A DNA stretch of 62,519 bases, filler included, from Trypethelium eluteriae (taxonomy: Eukaryota), in assembly GCA_051942245.1 (NCBI GenBank). It is 2 parts of 2 records of this genome, joined end to end, with 100 filler letters (N's around TTAATTAATTAA, not from the genome) between each part and the next. Parts side by side here need not be neighbours in the genome. Positions count along the whole stretch, not along the records: positions 1 to 31,265 come from JAVECL010000276.1; 1 more part is not named here. The stretch is one strand, 5' to 3'. The notes under the pieces were generated by a model. It saw only the letters and a program-made list of their open reading frames with translations. It was not told the DNA's origin and ran no database searches. The stretch's first letter is position 1. Each line of letters starts with the position of its first letter. Positions 1 through 13,000 of the stretch are shown here, in pieces. A program made the translations under genes and the position numbers.

Positions 1-2825
1 GATAATTTGCATATTGAAGGGCCCGGTGATGCTCCAGGCTTTGGCGACCTTCTGTGCGATCTCCTTGACTCGTTCGAGGGTTCGTGTCGTCAGGTTGGCA
101 GGAGGCAGCACGAGCGATGCATCACCAGAGTGAACGCCTGCGTTTTCGATGTGCTCGCTGACGGCGTGCACGAGGAGCGTACCGCCAGAGGCGACGGCGT
201 CGACGTCGATTTCTTGAGCGCCCGAGATGAATTTTGTAATAACGACGGGATGATCCGGGGAGACATTGCTGGCGGCAAGGAGTTTGTCTTTGAGCTGGTC
301 TTCCGAATGGATCACTGTCATCGCAGCACCGCTAAGAACATAACTTGGGCGAACAAGAACGGGATATCCAACAGTTTCTGCAAAGGCATGAGCATCGTCG
401 AAAGAAGTGAGCTCTTTCCAGGCCGGTTGGTCAACTCCGATGGAGTCCAAAATTTGACTGAACTTGTGCCTGTCCTCCGCCTTATCAATGTCACGAGGGT
501 CTGTTCCTAAGACCTTTGCCTTGCCCTTCTCTTGCAGCTGAAGGGCGATGTTCTGTGGTAATTGTCCACCCACACTCACAACTACCCCCGATGCGCACTC
601 GAGCTCATAAATGTCCATTACACGTTCGTAGCTCAGTTCCTCGAAATATAATTTGTCAGCAACGTCAAAGTCAGTGCTATAGGTTTCAGGATTGTAATTG
701 ATCATGACGGTCTTTTTGCCCAACTGCTTGAGAGAGAGAGTAGCATTCACAGCACACCAATCGAACTCAACAGAGGATCCGATACGGTAGACACCGCTGC
801 CCAAGACGACAACACCGTGATCGTTGAAGGTAACATCATGAGTTGTGGCGTTGTACGTGGTATAGAGATAATTTGTGTCGGCAGGAAATTCAGCTGCCAA
901 CGTATCGATTTTCTTGACGAAAGGCTTGATACCAAAGCTTTTTCTTCTTGCGCGCACCTCTTCCTCGGTGCTATGGACGCATTTGGCTATTTGTTTATCA
1001 GAGAAGCCCAGTTTCTTTGCCTTCACCAGAAGTTCTTTTTTCAGCCCGAAGAGGCTACCGATGTCCTCAAGTTCGTGAGTACAATCGACAATGTTTTGCA
1101 GTTTGTACAAGAACCACTTATCGATCTTGGTGAGCTCGTGGACTCGATCAACCGAATAATTTTCGTGTAGCATGGCTTGACCGACGGCCAGCCAACGACG
1201 GTCTGTAGGGTTCTTGAGTACCTCATCAAGGTCGTCGAATTTATCGCCTTGGAAACCGAGGTATTTTGGATCAACTTGACGAATGGCCTTTTGGAAAGAC
1301 TCTTCGAATGTGCGACCGATTGCCATGACTTCTCCTACAGACTTCATGGAGCTACCGATACTGCGATTGACATTTTGAAATTTGCCCAGGTCCCACCTTG
1401 GAATCTTTGTTACGATGTAGTCAAGGCTAGGCTCGAAATTAGCCGTAGTTGTTCTTGTCACTGCGTTGGGTAATTCTGGTAATGTATGGCCTAGCCCAAT
1501 TTTCGCAGCAGTATACGCAAGTGGGTATCCAGTCGCTTTGGATGCAAGGGCAGAAGAACGAGAGAGACGAGCATTAATTTCGATGACTCTGTAATCTAGG
1601 CCATCCGGTTGTAGTGCGTATTGGACATTGCATTCTCCGACAACACCAAGATGACGAACAATCTTGATAGCGGCAGTTCGAAGCATATGATATTCCTCAT
1701 CACTCAAAGTCTGACTTGGAGAAACGACAATACTGTCTCCAGTGTGGACACCTAGGGGGTCAAAGTTCTCCATGTTGCAGACGGTAATGCAGTTGTCGCT
1801 TGCATCTCGAACAACTTCGTACTCGGCCTCCTTCCATCCCTTAAGGGATTTTTCGACAAGAATCTGAGGTGATAGGGTGAGAGAGCGCGCAGAGAGATCC
1901 CTTAACTCCTCAGGGTTATTCGCAAAGCCAGAGCCCAGCCCACCAAGTGCGTAGGCTGCGCGGACGATTATGGGATACCCGACTGTCTCAGCGGCCTGTA
2001 GAGCTTCATCCACGGTGCTGACTGCGATAGACTCTGCAATCGGTATATCGATTTCTTTCAATGCTTTTGCAAACAAGTCTCGATCTTCGCTAGTCCTCAG
2101 AGTTTGAATGCTCGTGCCCAGTACCTTGACCCCGTATCTTTCGAAGATGCCCATTTCGTCCATTTTGACCCCCAGATTAAGTGCGGTCTGACCGCCAAAG
2201 CTAAGGAAAATGCCATCGGGACGCTCTCGCTCAATGACATAGGTGACGTATTCGGGTGTGACAGGCAGATAGTAAACTTCGTCGGCGAGCACGTGTGCAG
2301 TTTGGATGGTAGCGATGTTAGGATTTATGAGGACGGAAGAGACGCCAGCCTCTTTTAGAGCTTTCAAAGCTTGTGATCCTGTACATGGAGCTCGAATTAA
2401 CATTCATGCCACTATGACTCATAGGGTAGCGAGAGAGTAGTATGAGATTTGAGTGTACACAATTGAGATGTGGATAACGAACCAGAGTAATCAAACTCTC
2501 CGGCTTGGCCTATACTCAGGCCGCCGCTGCCAATGACAAGCACCTTCTTGACATCAACAAGGTTGCGAGCACCAGCGATAGCTCCGCTGTCCAGGTAAGC
2601 TCTCGCATTTGGGGCCACCTGGCTCTGATTTTTGCGGGACCGGCAGCTGGAGAAAGCTCGATTCTGAGTGTTGAAAGCCTTTCGATTCAACTTGAAGGAC
2701 GTTAAGGGAGCATTGGCGTTTTGGGTGCTGAAAACACGGCTAGAAGGTTGCGGAGGAGCAAAGAACTTCGGACAATGTTGCTTGCAGGACGCAGCAGTCC
2801 TGACCAGGCGCCCACAAAGAGCCAT
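1..2825 (-). CDS. CPA2: Arginine-specific carbamoyl-phosphate synthase large chain, mitochondrial; 3' end runs off the window
   Basis: ATG at 2825 gives a basic mitochondrial-type presequence, then [23 protein letters not shown]. After intron 2379-2482 (GTTCGT..CAG) the frame continues [11 protein letters not shown]...NPNIATIQT...[10 protein letters not shown]...[21 protein letters not shown]...[18 protein letters not shown] and stays open to the window edge. Confidence 0.97.
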
Positions 2826-2941
2826 TGCAGCCACGCAATCCGTCGTCAAGTACTGCAATGCTCTGTTGATGAAGCCCAAGGGGCTCTGTGGGCGCCAATT
2901 GGGGATGGCGTTGAGTCTGTTCACCGCAAGCTTCGCGACTC

Positions 2942-2990
2942 GAGTCAACAGCAGTAAAAATTTAGGGTGACGCTAAGATAAGCTGATAAG
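2942..2990. promoter_or_regulatory. Candidate CpcA/Gcn4 core (TGACTC, minus strand, 2942-2947) and tandem GATAAG sites (2977-2990) upstream of CPA2
   Basis: Motifs read directly about 120-165 bp upstream of the ATG. They fit cross-pathway and nitrogen (AreA-type) control of arginine genes, but short motifs can occur by chance. Confidence 0.35.
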
Positions 2991-3922
2991 CCAGCAACTG
3001 ACGTAGATCTCAGTCAGGGGTTACAGAGTGGTACAGGGACCTAGGTAGGTACATTTCGACATAGAGCACGAGACCAATGCTATCCGGACCACGAACAGCT
3101 ATCGTAAGATATATCCAGAGTGAATCGTGCTGGGACCGAGCGCGCGAAAAGGGTATGGTCCGTCTTTTCAAATCACAAGGGTTCCATATCGTACCTCACT
3201 GTGCTTCACAACATCTTCGTCATGCCGCATTTCATCCCGCCTTCAGAAAAAATCTTGCTGGGTCCAGTGCGCATTTCTTAGGGTTTATCTCCAAACTGAA
3301 AGTTTACCAGTGCATGCATGGCTTGCAGAACAATGTGGGGCCAAGGGCCAACCCCCTGGTCTGTATCTCAACCTCCTCCGCGGAAGCTGTACGGAGTACT
3401 CTACTGAGTATTCAAGTGTGACGCAGCTTCCCACCTGCTGAAGGATCAACGATTACCCACTTCCAATGCCTCACGGACAGTCTTCGCTGAATCACCTGAA
3501 GCTTGATGCCGATTCTAATTCAGCAGATCAACCAATCGATAAAGAAAGTTGCTCACTACATTTTGTTATGGTTGTCCTCATCACGCTCAGAAACACTGCC
3601 GAGAGATTCCGAATTATCCCAGCTACCGAAGGCGAGCACCGTGCAAAGTAGACGATCGATGTGCCAGTGAACACAGCATTGGAATAACAAACGAGGTCAG
3701 TCTCTTCGAAGTGCTATTCTATTCTAAAGCTACCCGCAGGAAACAGTTCATCCCATACACAGATATTGATATGCGTGCTGGAATCAATATCAGCTTAATT
3801 CTCGATAGTCTCTCTTTCATTCATGCACTCTGAATAAGGTATCAGGGAATTATGCTGGCATGTCTTGACATCAACACGCTAGATCGCTACTTCAGGTACT
3901 GAAGAACGAATGACCAATAATA

Positions 3923-6900
3923 CTAGTCTCCTTTTCCTCTTCCTTTCCCACTCTTGCTCCTGACGTTAGGATAATCAAGCCGAGCTTCGTCTTCTTCCGC
4001 ATGCTTAGCTTCGCTGCCCTTAAAGCGCCCGTAGAAATGGTCTTTGAAGCTTTGAGACATGCGGACGACCTGGTCGAAATGCTTGATCTTCAATCTGACG
4101 GTTTCCTCTTCGCTCGATGCATCCGAATCTTGTGCTTTTTGTGTCCGCTGACGATCCCGCTGTGCTAGGAATGCATCGCTCTCAGCTAACGCCACGGCGG
4201 TCTGAAAGGCTATGTAAATCGCATTAGCATCTTCAAAGCTCGAATTGAAACTACTAGGCGTTGACAGACGAACCATTGCGAATCTCTCGGCCATTCCAAT
4301 TAGTTGCTGTCATCGTGTCTTCTTCCAGAATGAATTCCTTGGCTCTTTTTTCAATATAAATGTCTTCGCGCTCCGCTTCCAGCTTGGAGAAAAAGTCTTC
4401 CCAAATTTTCCTTTTGTATTGCGTGGAAAGGGGTTCGTAATGAAGAATGATATGGATTCGGGACATTATCGCGAGGTCCATATGTCCAATGCGATTCGTA
4501 GTTAGAAATAAGATGCCACGATAATACTCCATTGACCTTAAGAAAGCTACGGTCTATTAGTATCCATGGCTCAGACGTCTTTTAATATCCAGGGGCTGAC
4601 CTGATACAAGAGAGTTGCGTTGAATATCACCACGAGCACGCTCCTCCAGATAGACATCGGCCTCGTCGATCAGCATGACGGCGCCCCATGTCTCGGCAAG
4701 TGCGAACCACTCAGCAAGTCTGGCCTCCATCTCCGTCTCATTAGTTCCTAGAAAAGATCAATTCCGAGTTCATTACGTGAAAACGTTTGATCATACTGAC
4801 CGATATCAGCACAAGTTAGTTGAAGTAATGTACGACCAGTATACTCCGCAGTACATTCAGCCGTATATGTCTTGCCTACACCAGGAGGTCCATGCAGTAG
4901 GAATATTTGCCCCTCACCCTTGTTCATAATGAAATCAGCGCTCCAGTTGGCTCTCATTCGTGTAAATTTAACAGATAGAGCTTTGATAATGGCCAGGTTG
5001 TGGTCGGGCATAGCCAATGTTTCAAGAGCCTTTTCTTTACCAGATATTGGTCCAGATGCTTGGTTGATATCGAGAGTGCCTGATTTGCGTCAAAATTATG
5101 CGTAAGACTGTGGATAATACCAACGACATCATTGACTTACGCCACACACGCTCTTTTAACACAAATCCTCTGATCATTCGTGGGAGCAAAAAGAATAGCG
5201 TTTCCTGAACTTCAGATTTCAGAAGGACTTCCTTTGGATTTATGTCTTGAATTTCCTGGAAGAGAAATCTCGATTTATGGAGTTCGTCGCTCCCTGGCTC
5301 TTCCGTGTTGTTTCGCTTCAACTCATCAGTACACCATGCGCAGCTGCATACCCTACCTGTAGAGAAAAGTCCCATCTCAGGATCTTCAAGTTCAGGTCTT
5401 TCATCTGCGCCTTTCTCACTTTCATAATAAGAGGAGGGATCAAAGACCACGCGGCCACGAACCTAGGCAAGTAGTAGTAAGTGTATGTTCCCAGAATTGC
5501 AATGCGTTTGGTCTGACCTTTTTTTTCACAACGTCATGTGAGGTCCCATCGTAGTCAACCTGCATGAAACCCGATTTCAAAACGTCGAAATACTTCTTGC
5601 CGCGGTTAATTCGCTTTTGCTCCATATCGGGTTCATGATAATATTGAACAGGGCAGATAGGAAGCGAGCTTATCTCACGCTCGCCGCTGAACGGGAATAG
5701 ATGATGGTCAGAAGTTCGGCATCCAATTTCAGTGCCTGCGATTCAGTTTAGGGTTGTCTCGTGGCAATGGAACTCAGGGAGCATACCATCAAAAGATAGC
5801 GACCACAGCTCCAGACTACCAACGGGGTCAAATGACCTGACGATGAACCCACCTTTGCCATTTTTGACATCAGCAAAAACTCTCGTTCCAGGCTTGAATA
5901 ACAGCCAAAGCATTTCGTGTGTGGCTACAGGTGGCGACTTCTTCCACCGTTGCTTCTCAGCCTCGATCTTTTCCTTGTAACCTTTATCGAGGAAGTCCAA
6001 TAGAATCCGAATATGCTCGACTGTCTCGACATCTGCATGATACTTCTTCGCGGAAGCTGCTTGACAGCTCAGAAGTCTTTCCGTGTCCGGCGAGCCGGAT
6101 TTCTCGGCACGCCCACAAATATCGGCAAGAGCTTCGCTGTAGTGATGCTATCAAGCTTTCGATTAGTGCTATTGTTGATGCCTCGAATGTGTTTTGGTCC
6201 ATGTTTGGATAGACATCTCTGAACCATGTCATATCACTGCACAGATGCAATGTCTCTTGTTCAGATCATTCAGTCACAAGAACGACAAGGATTAGAAGGA
6301 CCCCAAAGCCGTTCTAGATCCTAAGTATTGCCTGTCATGAGATATCACGCAGCTTATGCAGCTTCGCAAAGGGTTTCGATGATTCCGAGGACACGCATTT
6401 CACTTAGAAGTCGAGAAGGAGTAACATGTACAAATCTGCAGAAGAATAAACTCACCAGAATGCAGTATGGCTCCGATATAGCAATAGAGTCGCCACCCAA
6501 GTGCTGGTCTGGATGATAGTCCACGATTGCACGAATGACCGCCTTTAACTTGGCCGATTTGATCACCATATACGTTTGGTCGATGGTGTTGATGCGTAGA
6601 CTAGAACTATCGAGAAGCTTTCCGCTCAGACCAGCCCATTTGTTACAAATCGGACAGTCCGGGACTTTGCAATCCTCTTGGTGGTGATCTTGCTTCTTTT
6701 TTCGATGTCGCGACCCTTCGGACTCAGAATCATTCGAGTCAGAACTGGCTGAGCTAGAGTAAACCGAGCGAGGACGTCCAGGTGGGATCATGTCAGGCAG
6801 CTGAAGCGGTCCGAAATCCATATCTACTGGTACTGGTAGAGGCGGCGGAGGCGGCGGAGGAACCAGACCTTTGGAAGGCTTTTTGCCCTTTTTCTTAGTG

Positions 6901-7370
6901 CTTAATCTGATCTTTAATACCCGGTGCGTTGGCTCCATAGTGCCATCTCTTCTCGTCCCGTTCAAGACGTCCTTGTAGGTTGGCGTAATCTTTTTCCCTA
7001 GTCTGGTGCGCATATCATGTACAGTCACCATAGTAACAATTTCGAAAATCGGACCCTTCTTTTCTGGAACCTTTGGCTTGACATCCTCTACTTCTTGTAG
7101 ATCTTCGAATGGTTTTGAATCCTCCCTCAAGTAAATGACGTCTCGATCCGAGTTGCGGTACCTGAGTTTGTACAGAATCTTTGGCGGCTCTCTCATTTCT
7201 TCTTGGTCCGTGAAAGTTGATTCCGAGCCATGAGGTATTACGTCTTTAACAGTATCGTTCGGTGTGTCAGTCTGCGAAATTTCTTTTGTCGATATTCGTG
7301 AACTTTGGGTTGAAATTGTTGAGCCGTTGGCCGACCCTGGTCTTGCCTTCAGCAAAGAGTCTGTAGACAT
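3923..7370 (-). CDS. Fungal AAA+ ATPase with DUF7025-like N-terminal region; 8 exons, intact
   Basis: Exons 6456-7370, 5787-6147, 5518-5735, 5141-5462, 4801-5079, 4601-4747, 4274-4546 and 3923-4209 join in frame. Walker A LLHGPPGVGKT, Walker B VMLIDEADVYL, sensor region LFLTTNR..D.A..SRIH, lid WNGREIRNAFQTA. Upstream motifs EPYCILHH, EHIRILLDFL, LWLLFKPG and FSGEREISSLPICP are typical of this family. Confidence 0.92.
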
Positions 7371-7814
7371 GATCCGAAAGTGGATAGGAAAGACCAAGCC
7401 AATTGAAAAGACTTTTGACGAAGGATAGAACTTCGATGTATCCTAGTTTATCGTAGACTCAAAAAAAATTGCGGCCTCAAATCATCGTCTTTCTAAGGGG
7501 GTCTCTTGGTAGGCGACGAGCTGAAATCGTTAGTGCGGCGGGGATGTTCGATTGCCTTGTTCTGCCTTGCTCGGCCTTGTTTTTTCTAATAATATTGTTC
7601 GCTAATTCCTCCCTACATACCGTGGCTGATCAGTCCACGGCATCGTGAGTACCCGTCCATTAGGCTGTGTGACAGAGACGGACGTCCTGACGGTTTGCTG
7701 GAGCGTATCCCATCCACATCTCCAGGAACTCCATCGAAATTCTGTGACACTCTTTAGTCCTTTCACTGATTCCGGTCTCGGCAAGCGACAATCCTGTCCT
7801 CAGTTCCGGGAGTG

Positions 7815-10081
7815 ATGGCAATAGACGCGCCGAACGCGACAAGCTCAAAGGATGATGATCCGGCGCAGCGAGGACCTCAAGAGATTGTCCACGACTTCAG
7901 TCATGAGTACGTGAAGACCGAACCTGAGAGCAATCTTGCACAAGGCCTTCATCTCGCGGCTTCTGCAGAAGATCTGGAGGAGACTTTCAGGCGGCTATGG
8001 CAAGGTCAACAAAGACCTTCGAAGTGAGTAGGCATCTCCGGTCCATGTATGGAACACATCCCGATTTAGCCAAATTGCTTAGAGAACGTTATATTGGGAA
8101 CCTGGACGTACAACTGCAGAATATGGTCCTAGCTTGGAAAGAATACCAGGAAATCCTACCAAAGCACGATCGTATTACGCTGGACAGTAACCCTCCCACG
8201 CTAAGAAACATAGAGCTGGCTTGTGACCAATGGTACAAAGCTTATCGAGCTAAAGAGGACGATAAGTTAATCAGCATCAAGGAAAACTTTCAGCAGTTCT
8301 GCAATACACTTGATGCACACTCGGACCTGTTTTCTGTTTTTCCCAACGGTGATAAATATGTTTCACTATTAAGTGGTACAATCTCATCCATTGTAAAAGT
8401 ACGGCAAGTGTCACGAACGCTTAATGCTCTGCCTCTTATGGATATCTAGGCCTCAGTCAATCACGGAAAAATCAACGAAGGATTCGCGATTGCTCTCAGA
8501 ACCATTGCTGGACTTATGCGCCATTGGCAAGCGCAACTCGAACTTCATGGCCGATATGCTTCCACCCCACACGGTAGCTTTGGCAGAAGCCTCACATCTC
8601 CAAAAATCCGAACGCCCTTCACGAACGAGATTGTGGTTTCCATTATTGCTGAACTGTACACTCACGTCTTCAAGTTTCTTACCAATATGATGAAAAAGTG
8701 GATTAGATCAAGTTTCAGACGTGCAACCAGGTCATTCGACAAAACTTTCCGTAGCGAATACATCGATAAGCCAATGGCGGCACTCGAAAGACTGTCTCAA
8801 GAGCTTGATCGGGAAGCAGTCGATTTGCATCAACGGGAGACAAGGGAAGAATTTTCCTATCTCAAAACCAAGCTGGAGGATCGCCCAGAGAATCGAAGGC
8901 ACGCATTTGAAGCACAAGGTTATTACGATGATCCTAGCCAGATCCCCAACCTTAAACAACTTGGCAACCAAAAATTCGTCCTCCTAGTGGGATACAGCGC
9001 CAATGAGCTAGCTTTGTCAAACCTGGCTTCTCTTACTAGACCCCAAGGTCCACAATATGCTGCCCGGATTAGGCATGGATCGGCCGTAGATGATGGCGAG
9101 TTTTCAGGAAAGGATGACAGTATACTTGGTGGTGGAGTTATTCCTATCGAAAACCGCGAACCGTCAGAAAGCAGGGATGGTCAAAGGGCAAGTCTGATAT
9201 CTCAAACGAACGCTAGATCCTTTCTCGAACATGCTTCACGTAGCCTGGAGCCATACAGGCAACACGATTTCCCGATGCTAGATGAAAGGCGAAAGCTCGA
9301 AATCCCCAAACAATCTTTTCAGGGCGTGCAAGACTGGCTTACGGGCACGGGAAGCGAGGCTCTCTGGATTTATGGTCCAGGGGAGGCTCATCGACCTAGT
9401 ACGATGGTCTTAGCAGCCGCTTACATTGTCAAGACGTTGGAAGAAGTGCCGTTGCCATTCGTAGCATATAATTGTGATCTCGAAAACGCAAGATTTAGTC
9501 TCCTTGCAGAATTCAGCAACCTCGTATTTTGTTTGCTGAGGCAGCTAGTGTTGTTGGTGAAGAGCGACTTAGATACCATCGACCGCACCTACGAGCACCG
9601 TTTTGAAGAGCTTGGAGACGGGGAAGAGGGCATATCTGAGGCGATTTCTTTAATAGAAGAAATACTGCCAATGGCCCCTAGACTACTCTACTGCGTTTTA
9701 GGAAATTTGGACAGCCTCGAAGCTACAGTTCGTGAGGCGCTATACCTGCATGGTTCAGACCATTCTTCTATTGAAGGGAACCAGGCTGACTTCGTCTTAA
9801 AGTATCTCTCACGTCTAAACAGAGAGTAATGTTGCTGATGAAACTGTAGCTGCATTTCGCGGATCTTTACAATTCTTCTCAGGTCAAAAGAGCATAAGAA
9901 CTTGAAGATTCTATTTGCGACTGACGGCTTCAGCTCATTCTTCAACACTGAGGAAATTGTCGATAAAAAGATCAAAGCTCTGGTGAGCACCAGATCTGGC
10001 AGTGCCAAACATGCAAATAAAGACTTGAGACACCTGAGCTACTCCAGCGACGAGTTTTCGGGATCCCAGGAGGACGCATGA
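7815..10081 (+). CDS. DUF7708-like helical domain plus degenerate NACHT/P-loop-like domain protein; 4 exons
   Basis: Exons 7815-8023, 8083-8398, 8450-9801 and 9850-10081 join in frame. Motifs FSVFPNGDKYVSLLSGTISSIVKASVNH, IAELYTHVFKFL, QDWL...LWIYGP (no GKS/T), LVFCLLRQLV, LLYCVLGNLDSLE and LKILFATDG resemble fungal NACHT-associated proteins. Confidence 0.75.
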
Positions 10082-13000
10082 AGCGTGATAGTCCGTGAAC
10101 AGTGTGATTTCCAGCCATACGTTGTTGGTGTTAAGATGATCGATAAGCTCTGAGATGGGTTGAGTTTCTTATGGAAATAAGATGATCCTTTTTTTTTTTT
10201 TTTTTTTGGATATCGTATTGCATGCATCTTGCGTGCAACTTGACACTTCTTACGTTATTTTGGCCAGCTTAGGGATATGTAACCTTAATAGGTTGAAGGC
10301 GGCGATGTATACCCCAATTACGAGAGAAATCACAGATAATTCATGTAGGGAGGTGAGTCTGTAGTCTTTGCGAATCGAGAATTTTGTGGGAAAGCCTTGT
10401 TTCCACTTGGCGATCCTTACTTGAAGAGGTCTTTACTTCCTCTCTCATTATGCTACGCCAAAATTGCATCCTCTTCTATGCACTCCCGACTTCGCTTTTC
10501 TTGATGGTGTTATTCAGCAGAACCAATTCGGCCGCAAAGGACTCGATTGAAGCTATCTAGGTGGCCTAGGGTGTAGGCTCTATAATAGTTGATCCTCATT
10601 GATTTGAGGGTGGAGTTCAATTACTAATTAGGTGGCAGATAGAGGTTGAGAGGATCCACATGAAGGATCTACGTGTAGGGCGACGCGTAGGGTGACGTGT
10701 GGTATAGTAAACCTCCGAGCGAGGCTAGGTTGATTGATCATCATCAACAACACCACTCGAGTATGTACTTCGTAGTAACAAAGCTGCATCCAACAGGCGA
10801 TATCCAAGACCTGTGTCCAGCGACAAATCGATTGTTCTGGGTACCTTGGGCGTCGGTAGACTCTGAGTAAGAGAAGACGAGTGATTTCAAGGCCAGGCCG
10901 ATAAAGTCATAATAGGAAACAGCTTCATGCAGATGTGAGAGACGTTAGACGCTCTGAATACTTGCGTCACATCACGCATTGGTCGCGTGTGGAGTGCTTC
11001 TAAGGCAAGCACTGCCGGTAAATAGTCCGGTAATACGAAGTATGATTTTTGATCAATATTTCACATGACCCTCCCGAGCTGAGCATGGTTTTTATATGAA
11101 GGTCCTACCGATGGGTCGACAGTCTATTGGCGGTAGCACCTGGAACATTCGTGTAGGGGAATTAGAGCACAATCGAATCATATCACCTCGAGTTAGCCCA
11201 TGGGGAAAGCCCAGCGGGACCAGAAGAAAAAGCAACGTTAATGTTCCTTCAAGGATTAGTCAGAAGACCACTTCACGCCATCGCTGTAGCCGTACGCTCG
11301 ACAGTCTGATGGCCATAGGCCAAGATGCCATAGAGAGCGTAGGCTGACTCATAGCTTGACATCAATAGTTGAGCAAATTCACTCGACAATCTAGAAGCAG
11401 CATTCGCTGCTTTGAAGCATTGAGAGCAGACAGTATATGTAGCTCGTGTGGCAACGAGAAAGGTACCAGGGAACGAAGCCCAAGTCATAGCTGAGCAAAC
11501 GCGGCACACCACCATGGATAGGGATACGAAAGATTCGACGATACTCGGCATTGACAGATATCCAGGAACAATGCGCCCACTCACACGACCGAGCGGAACA
11601 AATTGGTTCTTGACGAGGAATCACTGTCCTGAGTCTTAGCCAGCGTGCAACCTTGCCCTTCGACTGAGGACCGACAGCGGTCGAAGCAGCATCACATGAG
11701 CTCGGCATGTTTGCGGAATTCTCAAAGGGAAGCGCCGGGACATTGCGGCGGAGAGGTGATAGGAGTCATGGGGCCATTGCAGGGAGCATCGAACTTGGTG
11801 ACCGGATGACGGAGGAGACCTAAGTCTAGACCATGGGGGGAAGTTGAAATACATCCTCAGAAATATGGGATACTGCGATCAAGCGAGAGTAACTTGGTAA
11901 CGAAGAGCGGTGAATTAGATGTCTAAGGATCCAATATCGGCAAGAAGAGAGGAGAGGAGTGTGAGTTCTCATTGAATTGAGTATGAAGATGCTTAAGTTG
12001 ATAAGCATGGCGCGATTTGACGTGGCCTGGCCCAGGCGCGGGTTGCGGACGTTCCTAGAGGAGGCGTGAGACTAGCGGAGAGACGCGTAGGGCTGGGAGG
12101 GGAGGCGTGCAGCCAAGGCTGAAGGGACATGCAGATGTTAAGCGAATCAAAAGTAGATACAGTACCACGGTGGCTGATACTAGAAAAAGCTATGATAGCA
12201 ACCGCGAAACCCAAAGACAACTGTGAATGATGGAAAGGAGAATACTCAAATACGGATGTCATTAATATTCGCTCCAGAGTGCCTAAGCAAAAGCGTGACA
12301 TGACTCCAGAGATATGTACGGGATACAGCTTGTACCTGAGATCACAGAACTGTGTAGACTGCTTGTTTACTCATGGAGCCTGCATTTGATTCCCCCATCT
12401 TGAAATTTTAGATGACTGAGTTTATAGTAGATCGAACGTCGTGGAAAGAAGCTTCTCGAATGCAATGACCTGTCTTGTATGTTGGCTGCAGATGACGAAA
12501 TGGTATGCCGTCAGTGGGAATGCGGCGGGTTGTGACGTTGAAGCAAACGCGTCCTGTAATGCACTCAAGGTGCCGCTCGCACGAGACTGAAGGGGTGGAA
12601 GATAGCAGTGGCAATCGATGACAAAGGAAGAGTACGGAGCTCAGGAGTGTCCAGTACTTGGCTGAGTACCGTTGGCCTTGCGCTTGTCTTCTTTCTGAGC
12701 CTGCTGCCGTTGCCATTCCAGTAAGATTTTTTCGTTCTCTCGCCTCTCACGGTCAAGCTTGGCTCGCCGCTCTTCCTCTTTCCCTGGTAAAGGAATTGGT
12801 TAGTATGCTCCGAAGCTCGTTGGAGGTCTGACTACCATCTACAGTTCGTGCCACCCGAATCATGATAACGCGTGTTTTGGCAGGGACGTAGTTGCGGGAA
12901 GACAAGTCAGTGGCCGAAGAGAAAAGAATCAAGGATGGATGGTGGCAATATCCTGCAACAGTGGAGGTAGAACACAAGCGATGCTTCAATGTGGCGGCTG

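Noticed and set aside
7..2360. Plus-strand ORFs over CPA2, and similar antisense ORFs over SF3B1 and MDM34
   Set aside because: Shadow ORFs antisense to well-supported genes.
2826..3000. Arginine attenuator uORF upstream of the CPS gene
   Set aside because: That uORF belongs to the small-subunit gene (CPA1/arg-2), and there is no minus-strand ATG in this leader.
10188..10208. Poly-T tract
   Set aside because: Simple homopolymer in a 3' flank; no retroelement body or target-site duplication seen.
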